Assembly (NCBI GenBank): GCA_963726495.1
Contig: CAVSCP010000006.1
Span: forward strand, 140,312 to 204,311
DNA length: 64,000 bases
Source: an uncultured Acidimicrobiales bacterium
GTDB lineage: Bacteria > Actinomycetota > Acidimicrobiia > Acidimicrobiales > DATKAS01
Direction of reading: 5' to 3'
Below the pieces are notes generated by a model. It saw only the letters and a program-made list of their open reading frames with translations, was not told the origin of the DNA and ran no database searches. This document shows positions 60,592-64,000 of the stretch, one piece after another; the stretch's first letter is position 1; each line of letters starts with the position of its first letter. The translations under genes and the position numbers were made by a program.

Positions 60592-61365
60592 CTAGCGCTT
60601 CGGGCGCTTGGCAACCGCGAAGAGGACGAGGGTCGTCGGGTCGATCGCCTCGGTGATCGAGAACTGCTCCGCCGTGATCGGCGGCGCCTCTGACGCCTTG
60701 CGGTTCAGGAACGGGTAGGTGACCCGGCGGGCGAAGGCGTGGAGCCCGACGAACCACGACCGCGGCAGCTTGTGCCGAAGTCCCCACGGGTCGAGCTTGA
60801 GGAGCGTGCGAGCGAACTTGCGGCGACGCTCGAAGTCGGCCTTCACCGCGGCGTCGCCGTCGAGGCCGAGCACGGTGACGTCCTCGAAGTGGCGACCCAG
60901 CATCTGACGGAGGTCGTCGGGCTCGAACAGGTACACGTGGTACGGGTTCTCGAAGTCGGCGGGGGCGTTGGGCGTGATGAAGAACGCAGCGCCGTCGTCG
61001 TCGAGCACGCGGGCCGACTCGGCGACGTGGCCTTCGGGCTCGACGAAGTGCTCGATGAGGTGGGACGAGCAGACCCAGTCGACGCTGCCGGTGCGGACGG
61101 CGATGCGGGAGCCGTCACTCGCCGCGGTTCGGAGGTCACTGCGCGCCTCGTGGGCAGCGATCGCGGTCGCCGGGTCGTAGTCGACCCCGAAGACCGTGCG
61201 GCCGCCGCCGAGGAAGAGCGCGCTGCCGTCCCCGAGCCCACACCCGATGTCGAGGAACCGGCCGCCGCCGATCCGGTCGAGGACCTCGCGGTACCCGGCC
61301 GAGTGGAGCGCCAGCAGCGAGTCGGGCGTCTTGCCCTCGATGGGGCGCTCTCCGGTGAGTCGCAA
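60592..61365 (-). CDS. Class I SAM-dependent methyltransferase
   Basis: Intact 257-aa ORF with FLDIGCGLGDGS and VDWVCSSHLIEHF. Confidence 0.8.
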   Translation of the reverse strand: MRLTGERPIEGKTPDSLLALHSAGYREVLDRIGGGRFLDIGCGLGDGSALFLGGGRTVFGVDYDPATAIAAHEARSDLRTAASDGSRIAVRTGSVDWVCSSHLIEHFVEPEGHVAESARVLDDDGAAFFITPNAPADFENPYHVYLFEPDDLRQMLGRHFEDVTVLGLDGDAAVKADFERRRKFARTLLKLDPWGLRHKLPRSWFVGLHAFARRVTYPFLNRKASEAPPITAEQFSITEAIDPTTLVLFAVAKRPKR

Positions 61366-61412
61366 ACCTGTGCACCTTTCGGGGCGGATGGAGCCGGTAG
61401 TTTACGGACCCC

Positions 61413-62609
61413 GTGGCCGACACCCGCGCCGACACCCTGGTCAAGCTCGGTGACCTCGCCGCGTCGGCGGGCCTCCGACGCATCCACATGCTCGCGTGGC
61501 GCGACCTCGCGGACGTCGAAGCGGGCGGTTCCGAGCTCCACGCGACCACGGTCGCTCGGCTGTGGGCCGAGGCCGGCATCGAGGTCACGATCCGCACGTC
61601 CTACGCGCAAGGCCACCCACCGGAGAGCAACCGGGACGGCGTGCGCGTCATCCGCAAGGCGGGGCGCTACCTCGTCTTCCCCCGCGCGATCTTCAGCGAG
61701 GCGACTGGCCGGCACGGCCAGCGCGACGGGCTCGTCGAGATCTGGAACGGGATGCCGTTCTGGTCGCCGCTGTGGGCGACCGGGCCGCGCGTGGTGTTCC
61801 TGCACCACGTGCACGGTGCGATGTGGAAGATGGTGCTGCCGCCGAACCTCGCCGCGTTCGGCGAGACCGTCGAGAAGCGCATCGCGCCGCCGATCTACCG
61901 CCGCAGCCGCATCATCACGCTCTCTCAGTCGTCGCGCGACGAGCTCATCCACGATCTCAAGCTGAAGCCCTCGCGGGTGTCGGTCGTGCCGCCCGGCATC
62001 GACCCGCGCTTCACCCCAGCTCCAGAAGGCGGCACCGAGAAGTCGCGCACCCCACTCGTCGTCGCGGTCGGCCGCCTCATGCCGGTGAAGCGGTTCGACG
62101 AGCTCATCAAGGTGATGGCCGAGGTGCGGGCCACCCATCCCGACGTCGAGCTCACGATCGTCGGCGACGGCGCCGAGCGCGAGCACCTCGAGGCGCTGAT
62201 CGACGACCTCGACGCGTCCGACTGGGTCTCGATGCCGGGCCGGCTGTCCGACGACGCGCTCGTCGAGCTGTATCGCCGCGCGTGGGTGCTCGCCAGCGCG
62301 TCGGCCGCCGAGGGCTGGGGCATGACCGTCACCGAGGCGGCCGCGTGCGGCACGCCCGCGGTCGTCACCGACATCGCCGGCCACCGCGACGCGGTGCAGT
62401 CCGGGGTCACCGGGGTGCTCTCCGCCGACATGGCCGCGCTCGCCGCGCGACATCGCACGCGTGCTCGATGATCACGACACGCGTGCAGCAGATGAGCGCA
62501 GCCGCGCTCGCGTGCGGGCGAGCTCACGTGGGAGGCGACCGCGACGGGAACGCTCGCCGCACTCGCCGGCGAGGCAACTCGACTCCGACGCCCCGGGCGC
62601 GCCAGCTGA
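61413..62609 (+). pseudogene. GT4-family (GT-B) glycosyltransferase, 2 frameshifts near 62440-62500
   Basis: ORF 61413..62471 (GGSELHATTVARLW..VGRLMPVKRFDELI..ASAAEGWGMTVTEAAACGTPAVV = EX7E region). The original frame reopens and ends at TGA 62607..62609, overlapping the next ATG. Confidence 0.75.
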
Positions 62610-64000
62610 TGCCCGCCCGCTGGCGCGGGCGTTGCCAGCACATCGCCCTTGCCCTCGTCGCGTACGTCCCGCTGCTGTTCACGCATCGCGGCGAGGTCGG
62701 CGCGGACACCAAGACGTACCTCTACCTCGACCCTGGCCGCCTGCTCGCCAAGGCGCCGTACATGTGGGACTCGGGCACCGGGCTCGGCACGGTCACCCAC
62801 CAGACGCTCGGCTACCTGTTCCCGATGGGCCCGTACTACTGGCTCATGCAGACCCTCGGCTTCCCCGACTGGGTCGCGCAGCGCATCTGGCTCGGCACGA
62901 TCCTGTTCGCCGCAGGCGCGGGAGTGCTGTTCCTCATGCGAGCGATGGGCTGGCGCGCATCGGAGCCCACGCTCGCGCGTGGGATGGTCGTTGCCGCCGC
63001 GGTCTACATGCTCTCGCCCTACGTCCTGGACTACGCGGCGCGCATCTCGGTGATCCTGCTGCCGTGGGCCGCGCTGCCGTGGCTCATCGGCATGGCGATG
63101 CGCGCGGCACGCGAGGGCGGATGGAAGTGGCCCGCGTGGTTCGCGGTCGTGATCGCGCTCGTCGGCGGCGTGAACGCGACCGCGCTCCTCTTCGCGGGCA
63201 TCGGCCCGGTGCTGTGGCTCGTCTACGCGATGTTCGTCACGAAGGAGATCGAGGTGCGGCGCGCGATGGCCGCGATCGGTCGCATCGGTGCGCTCACGCT
63301 CGGCGTGTCGTTCTGGTGGATCGCGGGGCTGTGGGCGCAGGGCAAGTACGGCATCCCGATCCTCCGCTACACCGAGACCTACGAGACGGTCGCGAAGGTC
63401 TCGAACGCGCCCGAGCTGCTGCGGGGCCTCGGCTACTGGTTCTTCTACGGCGACGACAAGCTCGGCCCCTGGATCGAGCCGAGCGTCGCGTACACCCAGC
63501 ACCTCTGGCTGATCGGGGCGGGATACCTCCTCGCGATCGGCGGGCTGCTCGCCGCCGGCGCGCTGCGCTGGAAGCAGCGGGGCTTCTTCGTCGTGCTCCT
63601 CGCCGTCGGCACGCTGATCGCGGTCGGCGCGAACCCCTTCGATCATCCGTCGCCGTACGGATCGATCTTCTCGAGGTTCGCGCACATGGACCTCGGGCTC
63701 GCGCTGCGATCGACGCCGCGGGCTGTCCCTCTCATCATCCTGTCGCTGGCCGTGCTGCTCGGCGCCGGCACGCGCGCCCTCGCCCGTTGGCGCCCGACGC
63801 TCGGCCTCGGTGTCGCGATCACGGCGGTCGCTGTCGCGGTGGTCAACCTGCCGCCGCTCTTCACGGGCCAGATGGTGGCGAACAACCTGCAGCGACCCGA
63901 GGACATCCCCGCGTACTGGCAGCAAGATGCCAGCTACCTGCAGTCGCAGGGCGACGCGACCCGCGTGCTCGAGCTGCCCGGGCTCGGACTTCGCGTCCGT
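62609..64000 (+). CDS. AftD-like alpha-(1->3)-arabinofuranosyltransferase family (DUF3367) membrane protein, partial (continues beyond right edge)
   Basis: Absent from the ORF track because it has no stop in the window. My translation from ATG 62609: MPARWRGRCQHIALALVAYVPLLFTHRGEVGADTKTYLYLDPGRLLAKAPYMWDSGTGLGTVTHQTLGYLFPMGPYYWL..., multi-TM. A frameshift is possible near 63975. Confidence 0.7.
   Translation, partial: MPARWRGRCQHIALALVAYVPLLFTHRGEVGADTKTYLYLDPGRLLAKAPYMWDSGTGLGTVTHQTLGYLFPMGPYYWLMQTLGFPDWVAQRIWLGTILFAAGAGVLFLMRAMGWRASEPTLARGMVVAAAVYMLSPYVLDYAARISVILLPWAALPWLIGMAMRAAREGGWKWPAWFAVVIALVGGVNATALLFAGIGPVLWLVYAMFVTKEIEVRRAMAAIGRIGALTLGVSFWWIAGLWAQGKYGIPILRYTETYETVAKVSNAPELLRGLGYWFFYGDDKLGPWIEPSVAYTQHLWLIGAGYLLAIGGLLAAGALRWKQRGFFVVLLAVGTLIAVGANPFDHPSPYGSIFSRFAHMDLGLALRSTPRAVPLIILSLAVLLGAGTRALARWRPTLGLGVAITAVAVAVVNLPPLFTGQMVANNLQRPEDIPAYWQQDASYLQSQGDATRVLELPGLGLRVR

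Noticed and set aside
1-64000. Programmed ribosomal frameshifting or recoding as an explanation for the split genes
   Set aside because: There are far too many sites, with no shared slippery heptamer or downstream structure that I could see. They occur at arbitrary positions within conserved domains in unrelated genes.

Overview
This is a very high-GC (about 70% by eye), densely coding chromosomal segment. Its gene content looks actinobacterial: LLM/F420-type oxidoreductases, a mycothiol-type DinB enzyme, an AftD-like arabinofuranosyltransferase, and TANNNT -10 boxes placed close to start codons. I found no rRNA, tRNA, CRISPR array, transposase, integrase or phage genes.

Layout:
- (i) 1-5.1 kb: lipid and housekeeping genes. 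These are an ALDH (partial), a CFA-synthase-family methyltransferase, a GDPD phosphodiesterase, an acyl-CoA synthetase and a VOC protein.
- (ii) 5.1-35.6 kb: a large island that looks like catabolism of an unidentified N-heterocycle or cyclic amide.
  - Hydrolases and transport: ALDH, GGT, a cytosine-deaminase-like amidohydrolase and a NitT/TauT-type ABC importer.
  - Redox and sulfur enzymes: three LLM oxidoreductases, a rhodanese, an SDR and a CrtI-like flavoenzyme.
  - Carbamoyl and cyclic-amide enzymes: D- and L-type N-carbamoyl-amino-acid hydrolases and a creatininase-family protein.
  - First Moco system: a CoxM/S/L-type hydroxylase translationally coupled to a phosphoribosyltransferase, next to an amidase.
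  - Second Moco operon: TPR protein, XdhD/Mop-type fused FeS-Moco enzyme, SsnA, LLM, RidA and an 8-oxoguanine-deaminase-like enzyme.
  - A RES/Xre toxin-antitoxin pair, a DinB enzyme and a small hypothetical protein interrupt the island at 16.1-18.2 kb.
- (iii) 35.7-48.1 kb: an adenylate kinase paralog convergent with PPK2, then three tandem paralogous family-5 solute-binding lipoproteins. Each SBP gene ends in a terminator-like hairpin, and SBP2 and SBP3 have their own promoters. One DppBCDF-like transporter and a TetR gene follow. This block is bracketed by two copies of a 92-nt structured repeat.
- (iv) 48.1-51.9 kb: enoyl-CoA hydratase, MBL hydrolase, an AlkA-like glycosylase and a decayed DUF559 endonuclease-like gene flanked by related palindromes.
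- (v) 51.9-64 kb: a cell-envelope glycan cluster. It holds a PIG-V-like GT, two GT39/ArnT-like GT-C enzymes, an FAD oxidoreductase, an acyltransferase-3, two SAM methyltransferases, GT2 plus DUF2304, GT4 and an AftD-like protein that runs off the right edge.

Major caveat: about half of the recognisable genes are split across reading frames, at roughly one frameshift per kb, spread evenly along the window. I rebuilt those genes by following homology across ORF-track fragments. They are labelled pseudogene, meaning disrupted as assembled; assembly indel error is the most likely cause. All family calls rest on motif recognition by eye, because no searches could be run.
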